Assembly (NCBI GenBank): GCA_051532035.1
Contig: JAOPTW010000006.1
Location: 32,001-96,000, forward strand
Reading direction: 5' to 3'
From: Fibrobacterales bacterium
GTDB lineage: Bacteria; Fibrobacterota; Fibrobacteria; Fibrobacterales; JAOPTW01
Length of the DNA stretch: 64,000 nucleotides
Shown: piece after piece, positions 10,143 to 19,484 of the stretch
Layout: each line of letters opens with the position of its first letter
Numbering within the stretch: position 1 is the stretch's first letter
Program-made: the position numbers and the translations under genes
The notes under the pieces: generated by a model
What the model saw: only the letters and a program-made list of their open reading frames with translations
Database searches by the model: none
What the model was told of the DNA's origin: nothing

Positions 10143-10906
10143 TGACCAAGTTTAGACCGTGTATTGACCTCCATAATGGCGCAGTAAAACAGATCGTTGG
10201 CGGCACTCTCAATGACACCACTGCCCCTGTAACCAATTTTGTATCAAACAATTCAGCAGAGTGGTTTGCTCATCAGTACCGCTCTGACAAGCTCACTGGC
10301 GGCCATGTAATCAAACTAGGCCCCGGCAATGAAGCCGCCGCCCTTGAGGCACTCAAGGCATACCCTGGAGGTCTTCAAATTGGTGGTGGCATTACCCCAG
10401 ATAATGCACTCTCTTATTTAGAGGCTGGCGCATCACATGTCATCGTAACCTCATACCTCTTTACCGACAAAACATTTGACTATGAAAAATTAAAAAAACT
10501 GGTCGACACAGTTGGCAAAGATCGCTTAATACTGGATCTGAGCTGTAGAGCACAAGGTGAGAGTTGGTTTGTCGCTACAGATCGCTGGCAAACAGTTACC
10601 GACACTGAAATAACTTCTGAAACTCTTTCGGTGCTCGAAAAATATTGTGCTGAATTTCTGGTACATGCTGCTGATGTTGAAGGGCTCCAAGGAGGTATCG
10701 ATACTCGTCTCGTAGCCTTTCTAGCCGATCACACTACCATTCCCGTGACCTATGCAGGCGGTGCTCGCACCATAGCAGACCTTCAATTGGTACATGAGTT
10801 ATCTCATGGGAAAATAGACCTCACGATTGGGAGTGCATTAGATATTTTTGGAGGTTCTGGAGTAACTTATGCAGAGTGTCTTTCGTTTAACTCACAGGAA
10901 ACGTAA
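10142..10906 (+). CDS. hisA: ProFAR isomerase, eukaryotic His6-type
   Basis: TKFRPCIDLHNGAVKQIVGGTL, GGHVIKLG, LDLSCR, HAADVEG and DLTIGSALDIFGG motifs. Confidence 0.92.
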   Translation: MTKFRPCIDLHNGAVKQIVGGTLNDTTAPVTNFVSNNSAEWFAHQYRSDKLTGGHVIKLGPGNEAAALEALKAYPGGLQIGGGITPDNALSYLEAGASHVIVTSYLFTDKTFDYEKLKKLVDTVGKDRLILDLSCRAQGESWFVATDRWQTVTDTEITSETLSVLEKYCAEFLVHAADVEGLQGGIDTRLVAFLADHTTIPVTYAGGARTIADLQLVHELSHGKIDLTIGSALDIFGGSGVTYAECLSFNSQET

Positions 10907-10989
10907 CCACCTCCGCCCTATAATTTAGGGACAGCTCCCTGTATAAAAGCTATATTTAGGCCACTCCACTCTTTTGTATTGAGATACCT

Positions 10990-12336
10990 GTGAATAGAGC
11001 CCAAAAGCGAACCTTTGGCAAAGAACGTAAAGTCATACATCTACAACCAAATCTTTTGGGAACGCTCAATCTTGTCATTCGATTTGGCTGTATTCTCTTA
11101 GCCAACCTTCCCTCTCTCATACAATTTCGATTCTTATATAAGCGTAGGCCAAAGCGCACCTCGCCACGCGTCTTTCTCTACTCAGATAACCTCGACGAAA
11201 CTAATGGTATATCAGTTAATTCACGTATTGTTGTTTCACGACTCAAAGAGATGGGAAAAGATGCCTACCTTATTGGTTCAGCATATCACACCAATCCACG
11301 CGGACGGGTTGAGCACAATGGAACGATCCTTGCCCCACAACTATTTTCACTTGAACAGTTTGGCTACAAAGATTCAGAGATGGCAATCCCATCTCTGGGA
11401 GATCTTATTAAAGTTTTTAGGCACCTCCCTCCTGACCTCATTGAAATTGAGACTCCTGCGAGTGGCGCATCACTCATCACCTTTGCTGCAAAAATTGTAG
11501 GTATACCTGTTATACAGCACTACCGTACTGATATGATAGCCTATATGAAAAAACTCGATGTCGGATTGGCTGAACGCATTTTTACCAAACTGTGGATTAA
11601 AGTGATCAGTAAAGTAACTCGTCCTATAATAGTCCCTTCGGAGGACTTTCGTATTAAGGTGAGAAAAGAGTTTGGAATACCCGAACAGGATATTGTTAAA
11701 ATCCGACGTGGTGTAAACATTGCCGATTTCTCTCCTGAATTTAAACAAGAGCCTTTTTGGAACCAATGGTCTGAAAATAGTACCGCTACAAGGTTTGTCT
11801 ATGTCGGTCGTGTTTCGAAAGAGAAAGAGCTCGATTTTCTGGAAGAAGTGTGGAAAGAATTTAGAACCACACACACTAACTGTGAACTCCTTATCGTTGG
11901 AGACGGACCCTACTTAGATGACATGAAGAAGCATGCAGAGTTTTTCCCCGAAGTATTTTTCAGTGGTAAACTTCTCGGAAAAGAGCTCTCTCTTGCCTAT
12001 GCGCACGCTGACTTCTTTCTCTTCCCCAGTGGCACCGACACCTTTGGCAATGTGGTTGTTGAAGCGCTTGCAAGTGGAACACCTGCTATTGTCTCAGACA
12101 GTGGTGGCCCTAAAGACATTATTGAGTCGGGTGAATATGGTAGAGTGATCCCCTTTAAAGATCACATCTGTTGGATTGATGCCCTTGAAGAGTGTCACGA
12201 AATTCGACAAACAATGCCCGAACGATTTGCGGAGATGCAACACGCTGCTGTTGGTCGTTCACTCTATTATGATCTCGACAAATCGTGCAGCGCATTTTGG
12301 GAATTCTACGAAAAAATATTACTCTATCGTTTTTAA
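10990..12336 (+). CDS. GT4 family glycosyltransferase
   Basis: YVGRVSKEK and FPSGTDTFGNVVVEALASGTP motifs. Confidence 0.9.
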   Translation: MNRAQKRTFGKERKVIHLQPNLLGTLNLVIRFGCILLANLPSLIQFRFLYKRRPKRTSPRVFLYSDNLDETNGISVNSRIVVSRLKEMGKDAYLIGSAYHTNPRGRVEHNGTILAPQLFSLEQFGYKDSEMAIPSLGDLIKVFRHLPPDLIEIETPASGASLITFAAKIVGIPVIQHYRTDMIAYMKKLDVGLAERIFTKLWIKVISKVTRPIIVPSEDFRIKVRKEFGIPEQDIVKIRRGVNIADFSPEFKQEPFWNQWSENSTATRFVYVGRVSKEKELDFLEEVWKEFRTTHTNCELLIVGDGPYLDDMKKHAEFFPEVFFSGKLLGKELSLAYAHADFFLFPSGTDTFGNVVVEALASGTPAIVSDSGGPKDIIESGEYGRVIPFKDHICWIDALEECHEIRQTMPERFAEMQHAAVGRSLYYDLDKSCSAFWEFYEKILLYRF

Positions 12337-15300
12337 CTTTTTTTCATTCCAAATCGAGCAAATACCCAGTAGAGCATCGGTACAAAAAAGAGGGTTAAGG
12401 TTGTTGAGACAATTAAGCCACCAATTGATGCGATAGCCATTGGCTGGCGCATCTCTGCCCCTGCCCCAATCCCAATTGCAAGGGGCATCATAGCCATTAT
12501 CGTTGCAATATTAGTCATAACAATAGCACGGAACTTACTTGCTGCCCCTTTAATTGCCGCTTCTCGCAGTGTGTGATTATGGTGGCGAATGAGGTTATTC
12601 GCATAATCGAGAATCAAAATACCATTATTCACCACAATACCAATAAGCATCACAATAGCCATCAAAGATATAATTGAAATGGCCGAGCCCGAAAGAAAAA
12701 GTGACCAGATCACACCGATCAAACCCAGTGGTATGGTAGACATAATAATAAGCGGCTGTAAAAAGCTCTCGAGTAGGGCGGTAAGAAGTACATATGTCAA
12801 AATGATCGCCATAATAATTGCAATCAAAAAGTCTGCTGCTGCATCAGCCATCATTTCTGCATTACCTCCAAAAGTGACACGGGTATCCCCTTTAAGGTTG
12901 AGGGCTTTTATATAAGGGTCCAGCTGCTTTTGTACATCTCCCGGTGTCATACCTGGAACGAGATTTGTTGAGATCTTTACCATACGTTCTTTATTTTTTC
13001 TCGATATAGTTGTGGGCCCCTCAGAAGTGCTCTCCTCTACAAAAGATGCAAGAGGAATTACACCGCGGGGACTGAGTATAGGGAGTGAAAGAATATCTGA
13101 TCGCTTTTTACGGTCACTCTCCGCAAACTTGACCGTGACATCATACTCATCTGCACCGTCTCGGTATTGTGTTGCGGCGTCACCAACAACATACATGCGA
13201 ATAGTTTGGGCAATTTGACCAACGGTCACCCCATAGTCTGCAACTGCATTTCTTCGAGGACGAAGTACTAGCTCTGGTTTACCGCTTTTCCAGTTGGTCT
13301 CCATATCTGCAACGCCAGGTACAGCAGCAATAAAACTACTGACCGAATCTACAGCCTCGAGTATATACTCCATGTTACTCCCTACAATCTCGACATCAAG
13401 ATCACTCGCATTAGGGTCACCCCCAGTAGATTTAATAGACTTAATTATTATAGATGCATCTGGAATATGGATCATTTTAGTTCTCAAATCAGCAACAATC
13501 TCTTCCGTCGAACGATCACGTTCCGACTTACCTTTAAGTTGTACCACAACAAAGGATAGATGCCCCCCTTGTGCCAGCCCCTCAATAGTCCCAATAGTTG
13601 CATACTGTGAAACGAGCTCAGGTACATCTCTTAAAACTTCTTCAACTTTTGCAACGGCCCTATTAGAAGTTTCCAGATTGGTCCCTGAGGGAAGCTCTAT
13701 TTTAACTTCAAAAGTTCCCTCATCAGATTTAGGCACAAATTCACCGCCCAACTGCGTAACCACAATACCAATACTTGCAAAAAGCAACAGCACAACAATA
13801 GAAGTCACAATAGTTCCAAGACGGGTCAGCACCAATTCGAGTCCTTGCTCATACCGTTGCTCAATCCAATACATCAACCCTTTCCGCTCAGTATCGGCAA
13901 AGGCATCAATCTCTTTTTGGTTCCGGTTGTGCAGCATGCGTGAAGCCATCATTGGAGTGAGCGTGAAGGAGACAAATAGTGATACTCCTGTGACATAGAC
14001 CATAGTCATGCCAAACTCTACAAAAAAGGCCCCTACCATACTCTGCATAAAAGCAATCGGTACAAACACTGCTACATTAGTCAATGTGGAGGCGATTACT
14101 GCCGTAGCAATCTCCATAGTCCCTTTTTCTGCAGACTCCTTAGGGCAATCACCTTGTCCCATATGTTTGATAATATTCTCGAGTACCACAATTGAGTTGG
14201 TGACCAAAATACCAACAGCAATACCAATCGCCATGAGACTCATCATATTAAACGTGAACCCTGAACCATACATAAAGGTTACCGTTCCAATAATCGAAAC
14301 GGGCATTGTTGTAGCGGCAATGATAGTGATTGACATTTTTCTCAAGAAAACAAGTAACACAATCGCTGTAAGAATAATACCAAAAACAATATTGACATAG
14401 ACATCATTAACCGAGTTGTTCACAAAGATAGAGTTGTCCTTTGCGATACTCACAGTATATCCTTCTGGAAGCTCGGCAGATATTGCAACCAATCTCTTTT
14501 TAATTTTGTCGGCTACATTAATGATATTTGCATCTGCCCGTTTTTTAATACTGAGCCCCACAGAGGTGACCTCATTATAACGCGCATCCTGTTCTTGTTC
14601 TTTGTACGTATCAGTCACTTGAGCAATATGCTTTAATTGAACCACTCCCATTTTCGTGGGGATCTCAAGTTCATTGAGTTGATCAAGAGAAACAAATTTT
14701 GAATTTATTCGCACATTAATATCTTGTGCTTGATTCTCTATGTTACCCAGGGGAAAGTTAAGATTGCTCGCACGAATAATTCCAAAAACCGACTCATACG
14801 AGAGTCCTCTTGCTTCCATTTCAGTTTTGCTCAGTTCAACAAGAATTTCACGTTCAACGCCCCCTTCAATATTAACTGCAGCAACACCTGAAATTTTTGC
14901 CAACTGCTCTTGAATATCCTCTGCTCTCTTTTTTACCGCAACGAGAGATTCATCTCCGGTCAGCGCGAGCGAGAGTACCGGCTTATCTCCAATATCAAAT
15001 TTAGTAACAATCGGATCTTCTATCGCATCCGGTAGCTCCCTTCTAATTTCATTTATCTTATCTTTTACATCAATTGAGGCAAAGTCAACATTAAGGCCCA
15101 TATTAAATTGAATAGTAATGATACTTACCCCTTCCATTTGATATGAGTAGATCAGATCAACTCCATCAAGAAGAGAAAACGCATCTTCGAGTTTTTCAGT
15201 CACCGAAGTCTCAATCTCTTCAGGCCCCGCCCCGGGATAGATCGTTGTAATGGTAACAACAGGAACATCAACCTTAGGCATGATCTCCATAGACATCATT

Positions 15301-15392
15301 CTAAAAGTGTAGATACCAAACACCACAAGCGCAGTGATTATCATGAGCATGGTAATTGGTTTATTGATACTTAATCGTATTAGTGAGCGCAT
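12333..15392 (-). CDS. RND efflux permease (AcrB/HAE1 family)
   Basis: 1019 aa; YPGAGPEEIE, SIVVLENI, GIVVNNGILILD and PMAIASIGGL motifs. Confidence 0.95.
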   Translation of the reverse strand: MRSLIRLSINKPITMLMIITALVVFGIYTFRMMSMEIMPKVDVPVVTITTIYPGAGPEEIETSVTEKLEDAFSLLDGVDLIYSYQMEGVSIITIQFNMGLNVDFASIDVKDKINEIRRELPDAIEDPIVTKFDIGDKPVLSLALTGDESLVAVKKRAEDIQEQLAKISGVAAVNIEGGVEREILVELSKTEMEARGLSYESVFGIIRASNLNFPLGNIENQAQDINVRINSKFVSLDQLNELEIPTKMGVVQLKHIAQVTDTYKEQEQDARYNEVTSVGLSIKKRADANIINVADKIKKRLVAISAELPEGYTVSIAKDNSIFVNNSVNDVYVNIVFGIILTAIVLLVFLRKMSITIIAATTMPVSIIGTVTFMYGSGFTFNMMSLMAIGIAVGILVTNSIVVLENIIKHMGQGDCPKESAEKGTMEIATAVIASTLTNVAVFVPIAFMQSMVGAFFVEFGMTMVYVTGVSLFVSFTLTPMMASRMLHNRNQKEIDAFADTERKGLMYWIEQRYEQGLELVLTRLGTIVTSIVVLLLFASIGIVVTQLGGEFVPKSDEGTFEVKIELPSGTNLETSNRAVAKVEEVLRDVPELVSQYATIGTIEGLAQGGHLSFVVVQLKGKSERDRSTEEIVADLRTKMIHIPDASIIIKSIKSTGGDPNASDLDVEIVGSNMEYILEAVDSVSSFIAAVPGVADMETNWKSGKPELVLRPRRNAVADYGVTVGQIAQTIRMYVVGDAATQYRDGADEYDVTVKFAESDRKKRSDILSLPILSPRGVIPLASFVEESTSEGPTTISRKNKERMVKISTNLVPGMTPGDVQKQLDPYIKALNLKGDTRVTFGGNAEMMADAAADFLIAIIMAIILTYVLLTALLESFLQPLIIMSTIPLGLIGVIWSLFLSGSAISIISLMAIVMLIGIVVNNGILILDYANNLIRHHNHTLREAAIKGAASKFRAIVMTNIATIMAMMPLAIGIGAGAEMRQPMAIASIGGLIVSTTLTLFFVPMLYWVFARFGMKKS

Positions 15393-15411
15393 TATATTCT
15401 CCTCATCTTAC

Positions 15412-16473
15412 CTATTGAGCGCCAGTAATCTGATTAGTCATCAGTACTTTCACACCATCACTCAATCGCGTTGCACCAGTAGTCACAACAAAGTCCCCTT
15501 CGGCCACACCCGTTTTAATAGATGCATGATCATCATTCTCCAAGAGTACTTTGACTAACTGCTTCTTGGCTACACCATTTTTAACCACGTACACATAGGG
15601 TTTTTCTTTATCGTATCTCAGAGAAGCTATTGGAATATATTTCCCCTCTTGCTCATTAGTAATCACATTTGCCTTAACATACATACCGGGTTTCAGTGAT
15701 TTTTCTTTGTTATTAAACCGAATCTCAACATTAAAGAAACGAGTCATAGGATTTGCCGCGAGCGGGACCTTCTCTACATGTCCCCATATTTTTTTATCAG
15801 CCATCTCAACAAATGCGTTCAACCCTTTTTTAAATTTGTGGATCTCTTGTGAACTCACATTCACTTTGAGAAGCATGGTATTAATCTGTGCTATTTTCAT
15901 CATAGGATATTCATCTTTACCCGTAATAGCAACCGTTCCCTCTTTAAAAAAGATATCAGTAATGACGCCATTGAAAGGGGCAAGGACATTTCTCGCTTTT
16001 CTCATAGAATCAAAGTTTGCTTTAGCGGCCAAATAATTTGCTTCAACCTCATCGAGTTTTTGTTTTGAAACACCACCCTTTTCATAGACCCGTTTTAAAC
16101 GATTATATGATTTCTCTGAAATATTAAACTGAACCTGTGCCTGACGGTACTTCGGCGTTACTCCTTGATCATCAAGAATTGCAAGTACTTGGTCTTTTTT
16201 AACATAGTCACCAATTGCAACTGATATCTTTTGAATATACTCAGGGAGTACTGCATAGATATTTTTTTGTCGCGCCCCTTCTACATCACCAGAGTACTTA
16301 CTGATTTTTGAAATTTTACCCGATGCTACAACATCAACGGTAACCGGGACTCCTTTCTGTGCTTGAAGTTCTGTCATGTTTGGTTTGTCATCAACCGGTG
16401 CTTTTTCACACCCTACCATTATCAGTACGCAACTTACTATTGGTATTATTACTCTCATAACTTTCATTTTCAT
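15412..16473 (-). CDS. RND periplasmic adaptor (membrane fusion protein)
   Basis: Lipobox VGC; GDYVKKDQVL, APFNGVI and LKPGMYV motifs. Confidence 0.92.
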   Translation of the reverse strand: MKMKVMRVIIPIVSCVLIMVGCEKAPVDDKPNMTELQAQKGVPVTVDVVASGKISKISKYSGDVEGARQKNIYAVLPEYIQKISVAIGDYVKKDQVLAILDDQGVTPKYRQAQVQFNISEKSYNRLKRVYEKGGVSKQKLDEVEANYLAAKANFDSMRKARNVLAPFNGVITDIFFKEGTVAITGKDEYPMMKIAQINTMLLKVNVSSQEIHKFKKGLNAFVEMADKKIWGHVEKVPLAANPMTRFFNVEIRFNNKEKSLKPGMYVKANVITNEQEGKYIPIASLRYDKEKPYVYVVKNGVAKKQLVKVLLENDDHASIKTGVAEGDFVVTTGATRLSDGVKVLMTNQITGAQ

Positions 16474-16479
16474 ACCTTC

Positions 16480-17859
16480 CTAAAAAATCCCCATCGCCTG
16501 TTTAAGGCCAATCGATGCCAATGTATAGGCTAATAGAGCCTCTTGATACTGCAATTTCGCTTTTCTCACTTCGAGTTCAGCGTCGAGCACTTCAAGTTGT
16601 GTTGCTTCTCCTATCTCATAGGATGCACTCACCATACCCTCTGTCTTTTGTGTCAGCTCAATGAGCCTCTTACGTATATTAATTTGTCGCTCAGCTTCTG
16701 CAAGGTTTTCCCATTCTGATTCTAACTGCAGCTTAATTCCCTTACGCGCTTTATCAGTATTTATTTTAACCTTTTCAAGCTCAGTTCTCGCTTGCACGAC
16801 CCGTTCTTTAGTCGAAAGGCCATTAAACAGATTAAGCTTTATTCCTGCAAATACTCGAGCATCGGTGTGCCATGTATCATTGATCACTTTATCGCCAATA
16901 TTTAGTAAGGTATATGCACCGCCAACGTAGAGTGTCGGAAAGTAATCTGACTGCTCTATAGTGATAGCGTAGTCCCGGAGTTTTTGCAATTGCTGCAACT
17001 GTGCAAGCTCTCGTCTATGCATGAGCGCAGTATCAAATGAATTTTCTTTTTTAAATGTAACTTCGGGTGTTTCAAGACTCCCCTCTATCGCTACCTCTTT
17101 GTTGTATGAAAGCCCCATTATATTCAGAAGGGCATTTTTAGCAAGAACCAAATCTTGTTGCATTGCATCAGCATCAACATCAAGACTACTCACATTAATT
17201 TGTGCACGCAGATAATCAATTTCACTGACAAGCCCTGAAGTATACATTGTTTCCACTTGACTCAAATGTTTTTGAGCCGTCGAAAGTGCTTCTATCATAA
17301 TCTTTACAGCTTTATCAAAATAGAGTGCTCTGAAAAAACTTTGAGTCACTACAAATTTCACTTCTGTTATAAGAGCATCATGCTGATATTCACTCAGCTT
17401 TTCATATTCAACAGCAATCTTTGGAGCAGTCCACGCCGCTTGATTAAAAACAGTTTGAGTCAGTACGAGTCCCGCCGTTGTTTGATAATCATTTGACATG
17501 CTTTCACCAAGGCCTTGCATCATTGAACCAATATCTTGAGCGAGAGCAGCAGTTGGTTGGCTAAAGCCTGTAGTATCTGGATTTAAAAAAGGGGCCGTCG
17601 TAGGATAGGGGTTACTGTTGTCCCCCGCCAAAGGGTTGTATTGCTCAAGAGTCCATTCCCACTTTGCATCAAAATCAAGCTTAGGAAAGACTGCACTATA
17701 GGCTGCACGCACTTGTGAACGCGAATTCTTAAGAGCCTCATAAGACTCTTTAATTGATTGGTTATGTGCTACTGCAATCTTTACCGCCTTCTCTAAGGTA
17801 TAGAGTTCTGCAAAAAGCGAGACCGATAAGAGTAACACATATATAATCCATTTATTCAT
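16480..17859 (-). CDS. TolC family outer membrane efflux protein
   Basis: Signal peptide, OEP repeats (YEIGEATQLEVLDAE) and operon context. Confidence 0.9.
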   Translation of the reverse strand: MNKWIIYVLLLSVSLFAELYTLEKAVKIAVAHNQSIKESYEALKNSRSQVRAAYSAVFPKLDFDAKWEWTLEQYNPLAGDNSNPYPTTAPFLNPDTTGFSQPTAALAQDIGSMMQGLGESMSNDYQTTAGLVLTQTVFNQAAWTAPKIAVEYEKLSEYQHDALITEVKFVVTQSFFRALYFDKAVKIMIEALSTAQKHLSQVETMYTSGLVSEIDYLRAQINVSSLDVDADAMQQDLVLAKNALLNIMGLSYNKEVAIEGSLETPEVTFKKENSFDTALMHRRELAQLQQLQKLRDYAITIEQSDYFPTLYVGGAYTLLNIGDKVINDTWHTDARVFAGIKLNLFNGLSTKERVVQARTELEKVKINTDKARKGIKLQLESEWENLAEAERQINIRKRLIELTQKTEGMVSASYEIGEATQLEVLDAELEVRKAKLQYQEALLAYTLASIGLKQAMGIF

Positions 17860-17872
17860 AATAGATCATTTC

Positions 17873-18475
17873 CTATAGTTCTTTAAAAAAAGAATTCATT
17901 AATAATTCAGAAACAACAATATCATCTTCAGATAGTATTCCGCGAATCATGCATTTTTTAATCGCCGACAAATTGGTAAAAAATGAAATACTTAAGAAAT
18001 GGGCATCGGTTTTTTTAATTTCCCCCCGTTCCATTGCCTGTTCAAACATTTCAATAAAAGGGGCATGGAAAGAGTCAAAGAACTGACATGATTTATTGAA
18101 CACGTCGCTGTTCTGTACCTGCCAAGATGAATACTCTAAGAAGGCGAGTATCTCATTCAAAGCTACTTGCTTAAGGAAGTAGTCGTGAGAAATGGTGAGC
18201 ACCTGCCGCATTTTATCACTAATATGACTTTCTTTAGGTACTGTTTGGGAAATCTCTGCCAAAAACTCACTAAACACCTTCTCTACTAGAGACCAAATGA
18301 TATCTTCTTTATTTTTAAAATAGTTGTAGAGTGTCCCCTTTCCAAAGTCGGCTTTTTTTGCAATATCATCAACGGATATATTGGTAATGCCCTTCTCTGC
18401 GATAAGGTAGGATGTCGCATTTAAAATCTCTTCGACATTTCTTCTTCTGTTTTTTTCTTTACGCGTTTCCAACAC
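17873..18475 (-). CDS. TetR/AcrR family regulator
   Basis: HTH ISVDDIAKKADFGKGTLYNYFKNKEDI. Confidence 0.93.
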   Translation of the reverse strand: MLETRKEKNRRRNVEEILNATSYLIAEKGITNISVDDIAKKADFGKGTLYNYFKNKEDIIWSLVEKVFSEFLAEISQTVPKESHISDKMRQVLTISHDYFLKQVALNEILAFLEYSSWQVQNSDVFNKSCQFFDSFHAPFIEMFEQAMERGEIKKTDAHFLSISFFTNLSAIKKCMIRGILSEDDIVVSELLMNSFFKEL

Positions 18476-18494
18476 TATACTCTCATTCTTTTTT

Positions 18495-18526
18495 TGACTG
18501 GTAGGTCATAATTTAGACAAGAAGTC
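18495..18526. promoter_or_regulatory. Putative TetR operator(s)
   Basis: Palindromes TGAC-N6-GTCA (18495-18508) and GAC-N5-GTC (18516-18526) just upstream of the TetR start. Confidence 0.55.
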
Positions 18527-18799
18527 GTAAGTAAGCAACACAATTAAGGTAACGCTTTGTAACATTGTGCTTTTTTACTCGCCTTATCCCTAATAGCTCA
18601 ACCAATCAAGGGGATCAGTATTGCAGAGATTGTACCCAATATCAGAGAATGATTCAAGAATTTACCCTTTTTCTTCTGAATTATACATCATCTTACTCCC
18701 AGGGCGCCAAATCAGTCAGATAATCACAATCACTTATTCACAAAATGTCAAAATTTTGATATAATTGAGGCAAACACATATAACAGTTTTGGTTAAATT

Positions 18800-19423
18800 T
18801 TGTTCAGAAGCAAACAAATAATTATGCTCTGTTTGGTCGTTGCAACTTCACTTTCTGCAACATCATTAGATGATTCTACATCGTATGCCGATAGCGGGTC
18901 AAATGATATATCCATTGGTTTTTTAAGTTTTCTGACGTTCGCAAATCAGACTAATGACAAAAGTATTACCTTCCTTAACTTCCAATATAGTCGTAAAATT
19001 ACTCCACCTATCCACCTCTATTTTGAATTGTATTTAATGAAAGGTGAAATCGCCTATACCGATCCATTAAAAAATAGACTCATCGACAAATTTGGCGTCA
19101 TTGTACTTCAAACAGGAATCTATTATTACCCATTTTCTAATACACCTGTGGTAAAAAATCTTTGGCTTAAGTCTGGTATTGGTATATCAAATGTAGATTT
19201 AGAATCGGGTGAATTAGAGTCGCACAAATTGAGACGTTGCTTTTTTATTGGACCAGGATACCGAGCTGTATTTGCCGACTTTTTTATTTTAAATATTGGC
19301 ATTACCTTTAACCCCTTCCCCGTCCATATCACAAACACCCTTGAGAACCGCCAACAAGGGGCCACCCAAGGGTATGGCCTTGAATGGTTCTATCCTGATC
19401 TCAGTTTTGGATTTCGTTTTTAG
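18800..19423 (+). CDS. Hypothetical small outer-membrane beta-barrel protein
   Basis: Signal peptide, alternating beta strands and a C-terminal LSFGFRF beta-signal. Confidence 0.6.
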   Translation: MFRSKQIIMLCLVVATSLSATSLDDSTSYADSGSNDISIGFLSFLTFANQTNDKSITFLNFQYSRKITPPIHLYFELYLMKGEIAYTDPLKNRLIDKFGVIVLQTGIYYYPFSNTPVVKNLWLKSGIGISNVDLESGELESHKLRRCFFIGPGYRAVFADFFILNIGITFNPFPVHITNTLENRQQGATQGYGLEWFYPDLSFGFRF

Positions 19424-19424
19424 C

Positions 19425-19460
19425 AAAAAAAATACCATGACTATTGTCACGGCATTTTTT
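19425..19460. terminator. Bidirectional terminator between convergent genes
   Basis: A run, TACCATGAC-TATT-GTCACGGCA hairpin, T run. Confidence 0.6.
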
Positions 19461-19484
19461 CATACACTATTTATTACATCACTA

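Noticed and set aside
12679..14400. Long + strand ORFs (up to 234 aa) inside the RND gene
   Set aside because: Antisense shadows of a clear coding gene; Ser/Thr/Ile-rich with no motifs.
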